NCBI GenBank assembly: GCA_020851735.1
Contig: JADZCD010000022.1
Location: forward strand, 6,438-70,437
Source of the DNA: Phycisphaeraceae bacterium
GTDB lineage: Bacteria > Planctomycetota > Phycisphaerae > Phycisphaerales > Phycisphaeraceae
Direction of reading: 5' to 3'
DNA length: 64,000 nucleotides
In this document: one piece after another, positions 1-9,216 of the stretch
Position numbering within the stretch: the stretch's first letter is position 1
Layout: each line of letters starts with the position of its first letter
Position numbers and translations under genes: made by a program
The notes under the pieces: model-generated
What the model was told of the DNA's origin: nothing
Database searches by the model: none
Seen by the model: only the letters and a program-made list of their open reading frames with translations

Positions 1-1264
1 GACCTTTGGCTTTGACGCGCTCGGGCGGAATGGGCAGGACGCCGACCTCGCTGGCCATGACCACGCGATCGTCGTCGGTGACGTAATACCGGCTGGGGCG
101 CAAGCCGTTGCGGTCCAGCACGGCGCCGATGTAGCGGCCGTCGGTGAAAGCCACGGAAGCCGGGCCGTCCCACGGCTCCATCAGGCAGGAGTGGTATTCG
201 TAGAACGCGCGCTTGAGCGGCGACATGGACTCGTGATTTTCCCAGGCTTCGGGGATCATCATCATCACGGCTTCGGGCAGGCTGCGCCCGGAGAGGAGCA
301 AGAGCTCCAGCACGTTGTCGAAGATGCCCGAGTCGCTGGTTTCCGGATCGATGATCGGCAGCAGGCGTTTAAATTCCTCGCCGAAGGCTTCGCTTTTCAT
401 CAGGCCTTCGCGGGCCCGCATCCAGTTCATGTTGCCGCGCAGGGTGTTGATCTCGCCGTTGTGACACATAAAGCGCATGGGCTGCGCCCGCGACCAGCTG
501 GGGAAGGTGTTGGTGCTGAAGCGCGAATGCACCATGGCCAAATGCGAGACAAACGTGGGGTCGGACAAGTCCGGGTAATACGGCAGCAGTTGGCGGGCGG
601 TGAGCTGGCCCTTGTAGACGATCACCCGGCTGGACAGGCTGCTGACGTAGTAGTTTTTGAGGAGGTCCAAGCTCAAAGCGCGGATGGAGTGATACGCCTG
701 CTTGCGGATCAAGAACAATTGCCGACAGAAGGCCGTGCGGTCCATGCCGTCGGCCGCGGCGATGAAGACCTGTTCGACCACCGGCTCGCTGGCGCGGGCG
801 GATGGGCCGATGTCGGCCTTGTCGGCGTCGGTGGGGACGGGGCGCCAGCCTAAGAGGCGCTGGCCTTGGACGTGGATGTAGCGCTCCAGGAGGCCCTTGC
901 AGGCTTGGCGCTCCGCCTTGCCGCGGGGCAGGAAGATATTGCCCACGCCGTAGTGTCCGGGCTCGGGCAGGTCGGCCTTAAGCTGTTCGCGGGCCACGCG
1001 ACGGAACAATTCATGGGGCAGGGCGGCGAGGATGCCGGCCCCGTCGCCGGTGTTGGGCTCGCAGCCGCAGGCGCCGCGATGATCCATGTTGGCCAGCATG
1101 ACCAGGGCGCTGGCGACGATGTCGTGGCTCTGCCGGCCTTTGATCTGGGCGATGATGCCCACGCCGCAGGAATCTTTTTCCTGGGCGGGGTCATAAAGGC
1201 CCACGGCCTGGGGCACACCGGTTTGCCAACCGCGCGGTTGGCCTGGCAGCTCTAGTTGATTCAT
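1..1264 (-). CDS. gltB: glutamate synthase large subunit, N-terminal part (gene continues past the left edge)
   Basis: Absent from the ORF track because it runs off the window. Minus-strand translation from the ATG at 1264 reads MNQLELPGQPRGW..DSCGVGIIAQIKGRQSHDIV..MDHRGACGCEPNTGDGAGIL..HSRFSTNTFPSWSRAQPMRFMCHNGEINTLRGN. This is the class-II glutamine amidotransferase N-terminus characteristic of GltB. Confidence 0.9.
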   Translation of the reverse strand, partial: MNQLELPGQPRGWQTGVPQAVGLYDPAQEKDSCGVGIIAQIKGRQSHDIVASALVMLANMDHRGACGCEPNTGDGAGILAALPHELFRRVAREQLKADLPEPGHYGVGNIFLPRGKAERQACKGLLERYIHVQGQRLLGWRPVPTDADKADIGPSARASEPVVEQVFIAAADGMDRTAFCRQLFLIRKQAYHSIRALSLDLLKNYYVSSLSSRVIVYKGQLTARQLLPYYPDLSDPTFVSHLAMVHSRFSTNTFPSWSRAQPMRFMCHNGEINTLRGNMNWMRAREGLMKSEAFGEEFKRLLPIIDPETSDSGIFDNVLELLLLSGRSLPEAVMMMIPEAWENHESMSPLKRAFYEYHSCLMEPWDGPASVAFTDGRYIGAVLDRNGLRPSRYYVTDDDRVVMASEVGVLPIPPERVKAKG

Positions 1265-2199
1265 ACCGAACCTCCCACCATCTGGCGGCTGCGGGCTTCG
1301 AGCTTTTCCAAAAGATCGCTTTGGGGACCAGCGTGTTCGAGCAGGAAATCGACGAAAGCCTGGGCGGCGGGCTTAAGGCCGTTCTTCTTGCGGCAGACGA
1401 TGCCCAGGGGACGAAGCAACTGGGGCTCTAGGGCCACCACGGCCAAGGTGCCGGCGGCGGCTTCCCGCAACACGGTGCGCCGGGGCAGAATGGCCAGCTC
1501 GCCGGTCATGGCCACAGCGCCTTTGATCGTATCCACGTTGTCGAACACTTTATCGATGCGAGGCTCGACGCTGTGATCTTTCAGGTAGCGGCGGATGCGT
1601 TTGGCCACGGGAAGCCAGGGCTCGAACCCAACCATTTCCCAGGCGCCCAGCTCCCCGGCTTGGACGGTTTGCCGGCGGGCCAGGGGGTGCTCGGGGGCGC
1701 AGACGACGGCCATGACTTCATCGCGCAGGGGGATGACGGCCAAGTCGCGGTGATGGGCGGGGTAAGAGAGGATGCCCAGATCGCATTGTCGTTCGCGCAC
1801 AGCCTGGTAGATAGCGTCGTGTTGTTTGTATTCCACGCTCACGCGGACCTGGGGCTGAGTCTGCTCAAAGGCTTCTTGAACGTGGTTCAGGAGGTCGATG
1901 CCGGCCGAATAGATGGCGCCGACGGTCACTTCGCCGCTGGGTTGCGGGCGCAGGGAGCCAAGGCGGGCTTCGAGGCGATCGTAGCGTTCGACAAGCTCCT
2001 GGCACTCGCGCAAATACAGTTCACCCGCGGGCGTAAGCGCCAGCGGGCGCACGGAGCGGTCAAACAGCGTGACGCCCAAGCGTTTTTCCATCTGGCCCAC
2101 CCGCTGACTGGCGGCAGATTGGGTGATGCCATGCTTGCGGGCAGCCTCGCTGAAACTGCGGTGACCGGCCACATCGCAGAAAAGTCGAAGCGATTGCAT
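1261..2199 (-). CDS. LysR-family transcriptional regulator
   Basis: 312-aa ORF with the N-terminal wHTH MQSLRLFCDVAGHRSFSEAARKHGITQSAASQRVGQMEKRLGVTLFDR. Its stop TGA (1261-1263) overlaps the gltB ATG (1262-1264) as ATGA. Confidence 0.9.
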   Translation of the reverse strand: MQSLRLFCDVAGHRSFSEAARKHGITQSAASQRVGQMEKRLGVTLFDRSVRPLALTPAGELYLRECQELVERYDRLEARLGSLRPQPSGEVTVGAIYSAGIDLLNHVQEAFEQTQPQVRVSVEYKQHDAIYQAVRERQCDLGILSYPAHHRDLAVIPLRDEVMAVVCAPEHPLARRQTVQAGELGAWEMVGFEPWLPVAKRIRRYLKDHSVEPRIDKVFDNVDTIKGAVAMTGELAILPRRTVLREAAAGTLAVVALEPQLLRPLGIVCRKKNGLKPAAQAFVDFLLEHAGPQSDLLEKLEARSRQMVGGSV

Positions 2200-2214
2200 T
2201 GGGGCAACTATAAC

Positions 2215-2229
2215 ATTAGCAGGCTTAAT
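2215..2229. promoter_or_regulatory. candidate LysR-type (T-N11-A-like) operator ATTAGCAGGCTTAAT
   Basis: Dyad ATTA-N7-TAAT lies 16 nt upstream of the LysR start, in a locally AT-rich patch (2200-2270). It fits the generic LTTR box form. No experimental support. Confidence 0.3.
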
Positions 2230-2360
2230 GTCAAGCTTGTGTAATATAAGTGCAGCTTATGTATAAAGCCGTGGTTTGTCCTGTTTTCCGCTGGGGGGGG
2301 TTGGAGGGTCATGGGGAGGGGGATGCGGGAGGGGCTGCGGGGGGAGCGGGAAGGGGAGTT

Positions 2361-2510
2361 GTACCCCCCGGCAGAGCCGGGGGCTGAAATGGGGGAGGTT
2401 GGGAGAACGCACACAGCACTTCCGGAGGCCCGGAAGATGCTGTGTGGCACCCGACGGGGGGAGTTGAGGGATTTCGGGGGCGGGGTCGGGGACTTCCGGG
2501 ATTCCGGGGG
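2361..2510. repeat. mosaic of short repeat modules (hairpin B, hairpin C, CTTCCGGG units)
   Basis: Three modules are present. GTACCCCCCGGCAGAGCCGGGGGCTGAA (2361-2388). The nested palindrome CACACAGCACTTCCGGAGGCCCGGAAGATGCTGTGTG (2410-2447). GACTTCCGGGATTCCGGGGG (2491-2510). The same modules recur at 18222, 26175, 31648, 45749 and 51596. Confidence 0.85.
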
Positions 2511-2639
2511 TCCCGAGGGGGGTCGGCTATTTGGTAATGTAAGGACTTGGACGTGGGGAGAGGGGCGCGTGCCTGGAAGGGTTGGGCGACGGTGGGCGCC
2601 TTTAAGGGAATAGGAAGCGATCAGGACAGGAGCGATTGG

Positions 2640-3218
2640 ATGAAAGTTTTAGGTTTAATGGGCAGCGCCCGGCGGGACGGCAACACCAACGACCTGGTGG
2701 ACGTGGTGCTGGCGGCGGCGGCTGAGCAAGGGGCCCAAACGGAAAAGATCGTGCTGGCGGACTATCGCGTGGAGCACATCGAGAATTGCCAGGTGTGCAA
2801 GCAGCGCGGGGCGTGCGTGCACGCGGACGACGACTTCGACAAGCTGATGGCCAAGGTGTACGGGTGCGACGTGTTCATCTTCGGTTCACCGGTGTACTGG
2901 TACACGGTGAGCGGGCGGCTGAAGGTGTTTTTGGATCGCTGGTCGTGCGAGCTGTACAAAAGCAACGACGAGTTCTGCCGGAAGATGAAGCCCAAGGCGG
3001 GGGGGATCGTGACGGTGCAGGAAGAGAGCACCTACGAACGAGCGGCGTCGTGCATTGAGGCGTTGGAGAAGACGGTGAAGTACGCGCCGGGGGCGACGTA
3101 TTTAGGTTATGTGCTCGGGCCGGGGGGCAAGCGCGGCACGGTGCTAAAACACGAGGCGACGGTGGCAGCGGCGCGTGAATTGGGGCGCAAGGCGGCGGCG
3201 TTCAGGCCCGCAAGTTAA
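2640..3218 (+). CDS. NADPH-dependent FMN reductase / flavodoxin-like flavoprotein
   Basis: MKVLGLMGSARRDGNTNDLV..VFIFGSPVYWYTVSGRLKVFLDR is the typical FMN-reductase/iron-sulfur flavoprotein N-terminus. I chose the internal ATG at 2640, which has a GGAG upstream, because the 5' extension of the 2547 ORF lies in repeat DNA. Confidence 0.7.
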   Translation: MKVLGLMGSARRDGNTNDLVDVVLAAAAEQGAQTEKIVLADYRVEHIENCQVCKQRGACVHADDDFDKLMAKVYGCDVFIFGSPVYWYTVSGRLKVFLDRWSCELYKSNDEFCRKMKPKAGGIVTVQEESTYERAASCIEALEKTVKYAPGATYLGYVLGPGGKRGTVLKHEATVAAARELGRKAAAFRPAS

Positions 3219-3308
3219 GGGGCGCGAAAACGGGTCCGCGGGCGTGACGAGTTCAAAGTGTGCTGGATACGGAGTAAGGCGGGGGAATCAAGCCTAAAGA
3301 GGTGTTGC

Positions 3309-4847
3309 ATGTTCGCGCTGCATCGTGTGCCGACGAATTATTTGAATTTCCTGAACACCAGCCCGCTGGTGGATGACGAAAACGCTTTTCGGCGGGCCGG
3401 TATCGAGAACGCGCCGCTGCCGAGCTACGCGGAGGCGCAAAAACTGCTGCCGGAGCCTTCCTGGCCCGGGCACGAAGACGCGCTGGCCTGCTGGCACAAA
3501 GTCTGGGAGCTGGCGTTTACGAAGAATCTCAAAAAGGCTTCGCCGGACAACGGGTTTTGCGCTAACTACATCGACACGGCCTTTAACGGCAATCTGTTCA
3601 TGTGGGACAGCGTGTTCATTCTGATGTTTGCCCGTTACGGGGCGCGGGCGTTTGCGTTTCAAAAGACGTTGGACAACTTCTATCACCGCCAGCGCGGAGA
3701 CGGGTTCATCAGCCGGGAGCTGTATCCGTATCCGGGCGGGGAGGTGTTTCACCCGCATGATCCATCTTCCACCGGGCCCAACGTGCTGGCCTGGAGCGAG
3801 TGGGAGCATTTTCTGGTGCACGCGGATCGGCAGCGGCTGGCGGCGGTGTTTCCGTGTCTATTGGCGTATCACCGCTGGGTGCGCAAGTACCGGACATGGC
3901 AGGACGGGTCGTATCACAGTTGCGGATTGGCCTGCGGGATGGACAACCAGCCGCGCGTGGGCGAGGGGTATTTCGGGCACACGGATCACGGGCATTTGTC
4001 GTGGATCGACGCGACCAGCCAGGGCCTGTTGTCCGCCCAGCTGCTGGTGAAAATCGCCGGCGTGCTGGGGCGCGCGGACGAAGTGGAAGCGGAGCGTGGG
4101 GAAGTGGCGCGGCTGGAAAAATGGATGAACGAGCGGGCCTGGTGCCCGGCTGACGGGTTCTATCAGGACGTGCATCCGGAGCACGGGCACAGCCGGGTGA
4201 AGTCGATCGCGGGATTCTGGCCGCTCCTGGCGGGAGTGGTGCCTCCGGAGCGCGTTGAGCGCCTTTGCGCGTGGCTGGAAGATGAAAAGACCTTCAAGCG
4301 TGCCCATCGCGTGCCGTCGCTGGCGGCTGACGCGCGCGGCTACCACGGGCAACGCGGCGATTACTGGTGCGGGGCGGTCTGGCCGCCGACGAATTACATG
4401 CTGTTGCGCGGGCTGACGGGCGTGGGCAAGGACGACTTGGCTTACACCATCGGCCGCAATCACCTTGACGCGGTCGTGGAGGTGTTCAAGCAGACCGGCA
4501 CGGTGCACGAGAACTACGCGCCGGACCGCATGGCGCCCGGCGAGCCGGCCAAGGCGGATTTTGTCGGTTGGGGCGGGCTGGGGCCGGTGGCGGTGCTGCT
4601 GGAGTATGTGTTCGGGCTGCGCCCGGATGTGCCGGCGGGTCGTCTGGTGTGGGATGTGCGTTTGACCGAGGAGTTCGGCGTGCGGCGATATCCGTTCGGC
4701 CGTGAGGGCATGCTGGAGCTGCACTGCCCCGCCCGGGCGAAGGCGACGGAGCGGCCGGCGGTGAGGATCGTCAGCAACATGGCGGTGACCGTTGAATTGC
4801 GCTGGGCAGGCGGGCGCGCGGACATCGCTGTGCCGGCAAAGTCCTGA
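3309..4847 (+). CDS. GH63/GH37-like (alpha/alpha)6-barrel glycoside hydrolase
   Basis: About 510-aa ORF with GNLFMWDSVF, CGMDNQPR and YWCGAVWPPTNYM motifs, resembling mannosylglycerate-hydrolase/trehalase-type enzymes. The start is ambiguous (3258 or 3309). Confidence 0.6.
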   Translation: MFALHRVPTNYLNFLNTSPLVDDENAFRRAGIENAPLPSYAEAQKLLPEPSWPGHEDALACWHKVWELAFTKNLKKASPDNGFCANYIDTAFNGNLFMWDSVFILMFARYGARAFAFQKTLDNFYHRQRGDGFISRELYPYPGGEVFHPHDPSSTGPNVLAWSEWEHFLVHADRQRLAAVFPCLLAYHRWVRKYRTWQDGSYHSCGLACGMDNQPRVGEGYFGHTDHGHLSWIDATSQGLLSAQLLVKIAGVLGRADEVEAERGEVARLEKWMNERAWCPADGFYQDVHPEHGHSRVKSIAGFWPLLAGVVPPERVERLCAWLEDEKTFKRAHRVPSLAADARGYHGQRGDYWCGAVWPPTNYMLLRGLTGVGKDDLAYTIGRNHLDAVVEVFKQTGTVHENYAPDRMAPGEPAKADFVGWGGLGPVAVLLEYVFGLRPDVPAGRLVWDVRLTEEFGVRRYPFGREGMLELHCPARAKATERPAVRIVSNMAVTVELRWAGGRADIAVPAKS

Positions 4848-4934
4848 GAGATGTCGGGCAGCGCAATTGCGCTGGGCTGCCGGGCGATCCGGGGTGAGCG
4901 AATATCCTGCGCGGGGCACGGGGGGCTAAGACAT

Positions 4935-6344
4935 TCAACCTCGGCGGGCTCGTTGCAGATCTTGCGGGGAGATATGCCCGCGTTGAAAGTCATCTTCCAG
5001 CCAGTAGTCGTGCGTGCGGATGCGGAATTCCAGGAGCGCTTGCCGCATCGAATCCGCGACGGATTGGAGGGCGGGGTCGTGAATCAGATTGCGATTTTCC
5101 AGGGGGTCTGCCTGCAGGTCGATCAATTCCTCGGCGTCGCGATGCCGAAAGCGTTCGACGGGGCGGCGGCCTAAGCTGCTTAAGTTGTTCTGGCGCACGG
5201 CGGTCCAGGTGGGGGAGCGAAAGACATCGGCGGGAATCGGCTGCGGCAGTTGGTGGGCGAGGTGCTGGGTGAACTTGTAGCGCCGCTGGCGCACGGTGCG
5301 GTAGGGAAAGTAATTGCTGACTTCGTGGAAACAGTGGGAAAAGAAGGTTTGATCCCAGGCGGTGTCGTCTGGTTGCGTCAACAGGGGCTGGAAGGAGCGC
5401 CCGGGCAGGTCGGCGGGCCAAAGCGTGCGGGGAACCTGCAGCAGATCGAGAATCGTGGGCATGAAGTCGGACCAGTTGACCAGCGCCTGGCAGCGATGGC
5501 CAGCCGTTTTCGATGCTTCACTTCCGGGGGCACTTGCGGGGGCGGAGGCACTTCCGGGGGGGGCGATGATCAGGGGGCAGTGGTGGCCGCTGTCGAAGGA
5601 AGTGGCTTTGGCGCCGGGGAAGGGCATGCCGTGATCGGAGGTCACGATGACGAGGGTGTCGTCAGCCCGGCCGGCGGCTTGCAGGGCGCTAAGCACCTGG
5701 CCCACGGTGTGGTCGTAGCGGGAAATGGCCGCGTAATACTGGGCCAGGTCTTGGCGCACCAGCGGATGATCGGGAAGAAAGTCGGGCACGCTGACGTCGG
5801 CCGGGTCGTAGCGGAAGGCGGGGAATTCACTGGCACAGCGATCTAAGCCAAAGCCGGTCCCTTCGCGGTGGGGATAGGAAGGGGCGACATGGAGATAGAA
5901 AGACGCGGAGCCGATCTGATTCAGGAACGAGCTGGTCGCGTCGGCCAGGGCGCGTGGCGAAGCGTTGTCTTTCTCCGCGGCCAGGAAATCAAAAGGATAG
6001 ACCGACGCGGGGGCGAAATGCTGTTTGCCCAGGCACGCGGAGCGGACGGGCGTTTCTTTGAGGATTCGCGGCAGGGAGCGGACGAATTCGTGGGTGCGGA
6101 AGCCGTGGACGGAGTGGCAGTGGCCGTATTGGCCATGGGTGTGGGTGTAGAGTCCGGTGAGCAGGTTGGCCCGGCTGGCGGCGCAGGAGACGGAGGTGCA
6201 GAAGGCGTGGTCAAAGACGCTGCCGCGCTGGGCCAGGGCGTCGATGTGGGGGGTCTGGATGGCGTGGTGGCCGTAGCAGCCGGCGATGGGCGACCAGTCG
6301 TCGGCGATGATCAACAGAACGGAAGGAGCGGAGGAAGAGGGCAT
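4935..6344 (-). CDS. sulfatase (formylglycine-dependent type)
   Basis: N-terminus LLIIADDWSP..CTSVSCAASRANLLTG carries the C-x-A-x-R sulfatase signature, followed by VTSDHGMPF. It contains an in-frame repeat insert, PGSASAPASAPGSEAS. Confidence 0.85.
   Translation of the reverse strand: MPSSSAPSVLLIIADDWSPIAGCYGHHAIQTPHIDALAQRGSVFDHAFCTSVSCAASRANLLTGLYTHTHGQYGHCHSVHGFRTHEFVRSLPRILKETPVRSACLGKQHFAPASVYPFDFLAAEKDNASPRALADATSSFLNQIGSASFYLHVAPSYPHREGTGFGLDRCASEFPAFRYDPADVSVPDFLPDHPLVRQDLAQYYAAISRYDHTVGQVLSALQAAGRADDTLVIVTSDHGMPFPGAKATSFDSGHHCPLIIAPPGSASAPASAPGSEASKTAGHRCQALVNWSDFMPTILDLLQVPRTLWPADLPGRSFQPLLTQPDDTAWDQTFFSHCFHEVSNYFPYRTVRQRRYKFTQHLAHQLPQPIPADVFRSPTWTAVRQNNLSSLGRRPVERFRHRDAEELIDLQADPLENRNLIHDPALQSVADSMRQALLEFRIRTHDYWLEDDFQRGHISPQDLQRARRG
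5519..5563. repeat. CTTCCGGGGG tandem units inside the sulfatase CDS
   Basis: CACTTCCGGGGGCACTTGCGGGGGCGGAGGCACTTCCGGGGGGGG; the reading frame is preserved. Confidence 0.85.
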
Positions 6345-6449
6345 GGCTTAGCACTCCAGCGCGTCCGGACGACCGAGGAGCAAGAGAGGGCTGAGGGAGA
6401 CGATCGAGGCACAGAAAAGTCGGATCGGAAAGTCTCCCTGGCCGTCTCA

Positions 6450-7886
6450 CTAAAAGTGGATCATGCGACCCGCCAGGCCCAGGGCTGCTTCGTGCGTGGC
6501 TTCGCTGAGCGTCGGGTGGGCGTGGATGGCGGCGATCAGTTCATCGGCGGTGGCTTCCATGTGTTTGGCCAGGGAGACTTCGGCGATCAGTTCGGTGACG
6601 TTGTCGCCGACCATGTGGCAGCCGAGGATTTCGCCGTATTTCGAATCGCTCAGCAGCTTGACGAAACCTTCGGTATGACCGGAGGCCTGGGCTTTGCCGC
6701 TGGCCTGGAAGGGGAACTTGCTGACTTTGTAATCGACGCCGGGCTTTAGATTCTGCTGCTGCAGGGCGCGCTCGGTTAGGCCGATCGACGCGACCTGGGG
6801 CTGGCAATAAGTGCAGCCGGGGATGGAGGAATAGTCCAGGGGCTGGGGATGGTGGCCAGCCATGGTCTCCACGCAGAAGATCGCTTCCTCGCTGGCCACG
6901 TGCGCCAGCCAGGGCGGGCCGATGACGTCGCCGACGGCGAACAGGCCGGGGATGGAGGTCTGATAGTTGGTCTTGTCCACTTTCAGGTGATCGCGCTCAA
7001 TAGTGGGAGCCACGGCAGCGTCAAACAGGTCTTCAAAATTTCCGCGCACGCCGATGGCCACGAGGACTTTTTCCGCTTCGAGGACTTGCGTCTGCTTTTC
7101 GTCGGCCACGGGGGCGACGGTTAACGCAACCCCGCCAGTGTTTTTCTCCAGCTTCAGCGTCTTGGTGGCCGGCAGAAACGCGATGCCGGATTTGCGGAAG
7201 CTGCGCTCCACAGCCTTGGACACTTCGTCGTCCTCGATCGGCAGCAGGCGGTCGAGCATTTCGATGATGGTGACTTTGGTGCCGAACGCGTGGTAGAAGT
7301 AGGCGAATTCCATGCCGATCGCACCGGCCCCGACGACCAGCAGCGACTTAGGCTGGGCGGGCAGGGTCATGGCGTCGCGGGCGTTTAGGATCTGTTGGCC
7401 GTCGAACGGGGCTCCCGCCCCCGGAAACTCGCGTGCCTTGGCGCCGGTGGCAATCAGAATGCGCTTGCCGATGAGGGTCTTCTGCACCTTGCCGGCCGCA
7501 TCCAGCAAGGCCACCTGCCCGGGGGCGACGATGCGGGCGGGGGCTTCAAAATGGGTAATTTTGTTTTTCTTAAGCAGGGCGGCAATACCGCGATTAAGGT
7601 TGCCCGCGACGGTGCGCGAGCGGCCGATGATCTTGTCCCACTGGTAGGAGACGTTCTGGGCGGTGATGCCGAACTCGCCGGCTTCGTGCGTTAAGCGATG
7701 GTAAAACTCCGCGGCGGACAAGAGGGCCTTGGTGGGGATGCAGCCCCAGTTTAAGCAGGTGCCGCCGAGCTTATCGCGTTCGACGCAGGCTACGGACATG
7801 CCCAATTGGGTGGCCCGAATGGCGCCGACATAACCGGCCGGCCCGCCGCCGATGACGATTAGATCAAAAGAGGCATTTTCAGCCAT
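6450..7886 (-). CDS. lpdA: dihydrolipoyl dehydrogenase
   Basis: FDLIVIGGGPAGYVGAIRA..GGTCLNWGCIPTKALL redox-active disulfide motif, with a C-terminal HAHPTLSE dimerisation motif. Confidence 0.93.
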   Translation of the reverse strand: MAENASFDLIVIGGGPAGYVGAIRATQLGMSVACVERDKLGGTCLNWGCIPTKALLSAAEFYHRLTHEAGEFGITAQNVSYQWDKIIGRSRTVAGNLNRGIAALLKKNKITHFEAPARIVAPGQVALLDAAGKVQKTLIGKRILIATGAKAREFPGAGAPFDGQQILNARDAMTLPAQPKSLLVVGAGAIGMEFAYFYHAFGTKVTIIEMLDRLLPIEDDEVSKAVERSFRKSGIAFLPATKTLKLEKNTGGVALTVAPVADEKQTQVLEAEKVLVAIGVRGNFEDLFDAAVAPTIERDHLKVDKTNYQTSIPGLFAVGDVIGPPWLAHVASEEAIFCVETMAGHHPQPLDYSSIPGCTYCQPQVASIGLTERALQQQNLKPGVDYKVSKFPFQASGKAQASGHTEGFVKLLSDSKYGEILGCHMVGDNVTELIAEVSLAKHMEATADELIAAIHAHPTLSEATHEAALGLAGRMIHF

Positions 7887-8079
7887 GGGATTCGCCTTCC
7901 CAGCCCGGTTTTGACCGCTATCGGCGGGCTGGAGTACCGATTCTAGCCGCCGGGAGCAATCCTTGCCGGATTAAGCGGGTAATCTACAATCCCGGTCGGA
8001 AATCAGGAGTTGGGAATTAGGAGTTAAAGACAAAGGATTGAGCATCACCACCATAAAGCTTAGAACGCGATTCCAATTA

Positions 8080-8156
8080 GCCACAGATGAACGCAGATTA
8101 ACGCAGATACAAGTCAACGACTCCATGGTTCGTGTTCATCTGCGTTTATCTGCGGC
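8080..8156. repeat. inverted-repeat element, family D (GCAGATnAACGCAGAT / ATCTGCGTTTATCTGC)
   Basis: CCACAGATGAACGCAGATTAACGCAGATA..GTTCATCTGCGTTTATCTGCGGC. Related copies lie at 60615-60691 and 63376-63402. Confidence 0.85.
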
Positions 8157-8238
8157 TATATTTCGGCATTCTCGGTGATGATGCACGACTTTCGCAGACG
8201 CAGGGCTGGATCTAGCAGTTACTCAAGAGGAAACAATA

Positions 8239-9123
8239 ATGGCCAGCATCAAAGCAGTCGTCAGCGTCATGGGCAAGGACCAGAAGGGCGTGGTCGCTAA
8301 GTTCGCCACCTACCTGGCTGAGCACGGGGTCAACATCGAGGACATCCAGCAGCAGGTGGTGCATGGGTCGTTCCTCATGGACATGCTGGTGGACTTGGCG
8401 GAACTGTCCATCAGCCTGGACGAAATGATCACCGGGCTTTTGGGCGTGGGGAAGTCCATTGAGATGGACGTGCGCGTGACGCTGCACAGCCAGCGCCGCC
8501 GCAAGCGCGTGGCCCTCTTGGTCAGCAAGGAGCCGCACTGTCTGGAAAAGCTGATTGAAAATCACAAGAGCAATCAGATCCGCGGGGATTTTGTCTGTGT
8601 GCTCTCGAATCACGAAATGCTTAAGCCCATCGCACAGGCCGCGGGCATTCCCTTTGAATTCATGCCGTCGGATAACAAAGCCGCGCACATGGCCTGGCTG
8701 CTGGAGAGGCTTAACCGCTATCAGGCGGATCTGGTGGTGCTGGCCCGCTACATGCAGATTGTCGACGGCAAGGTGGTCGAAGCCTACCGCCACCGCATCA
8801 TCAACATTCACCCTTCGCTGCTGCCGCACTTCCCCGGGGCAGCCCCCTACAAGCAGGCTTGGGAAAGCGGCATGCGCGTCACCGGCTGCACGGCTCACTT
8901 TGTCACCGAGTCCCTGGACGAAGGCCCGATCATCCTGCAGGACGTGTTCCACATCGAAGTGGGCAAGGACACAGCTGAGGACGTTAAGCGCAAGGGCTTG
9001 GAGCTGGAGTCCAAGGTGCTCAGCACCGCCTGCCAGATGTTCCTGGATGAAAAGCTGGTAGTGGTCGACGGCAAGGTGGTGTTCCGCCCGGGGATCAGCG
9101 CGTTTTTGGATCACGAGGAGTAG
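8239..9123 (+). CDS. purU: formyltetrahydrofolate deformylase
   Basis: N-terminal ACT-like domain followed by a formyltransferase core: DLVVLARYMQIV..IINIHPSLLPHFPGAAPY..GCTAHFVTESLDEGPII. Confidence 0.92.
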   Translation: MASIKAVVSVMGKDQKGVVAKFATYLAEHGVNIEDIQQQVVHGSFLMDMLVDLAELSISLDEMITGLLGVGKSIEMDVRVTLHSQRRRKRVALLVSKEPHCLEKLIENHKSNQIRGDFVCVLSNHEMLKPIAQAAGIPFEFMPSDNKAAHMAWLLERLNRYQADLVVLARYMQIVDGKVVEAYRHRIINIHPSLLPHFPGAAPYKQAWESGMRVTGCTAHFVTESLDEGPIILQDVFHIEVGKDTAEDVKRKGLELESKVLSTACQMFLDEKLVVVDGKVVFRPGISAFLDHEE

Positions 9124-9216
9124 GGCTCGGCCCAGCCCGCGACGGGCACGCCTGGCCAACGGCGCGGCGAAGGCGTGGCAGGGTGATCCAAAGATGTTGC
9201 GGCGGTAAGGGTTTGG

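Noticed and set aside
191-1255. Plus-strand ORFs 191-853 and 866-1255 (220 and 129 aa)
   Set aside because: They lie antisense to the clearly recognisable gltB reading frame. Their Ala/Gly/His-rich composition is typical of shadow ORFs in GC-rich DNA.
3858-4919. 353-aa minus-strand ORF
   Set aside because: Antisense to the glycoside hydrolase gene. It has an Arg/Pro/Ala-rich shadow-frame composition and no motifs.
7887-8238. Possible purU or lpdA leader RNA element (hairpin CCAGCCCG..CGGGCTGG at about 7900-7935)
   Set aside because: It is only a single generic hairpin with no conserved riboswitch core that I can recognise. The rest of the spacer is occupied by family-E (GGAGTTAGGAATTAGGAG-type) and family-D repeats.
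8212-9159. 315-aa minus-strand ORF
   Set aside because: Exactly antisense to purU, whose motifs are unambiguous.
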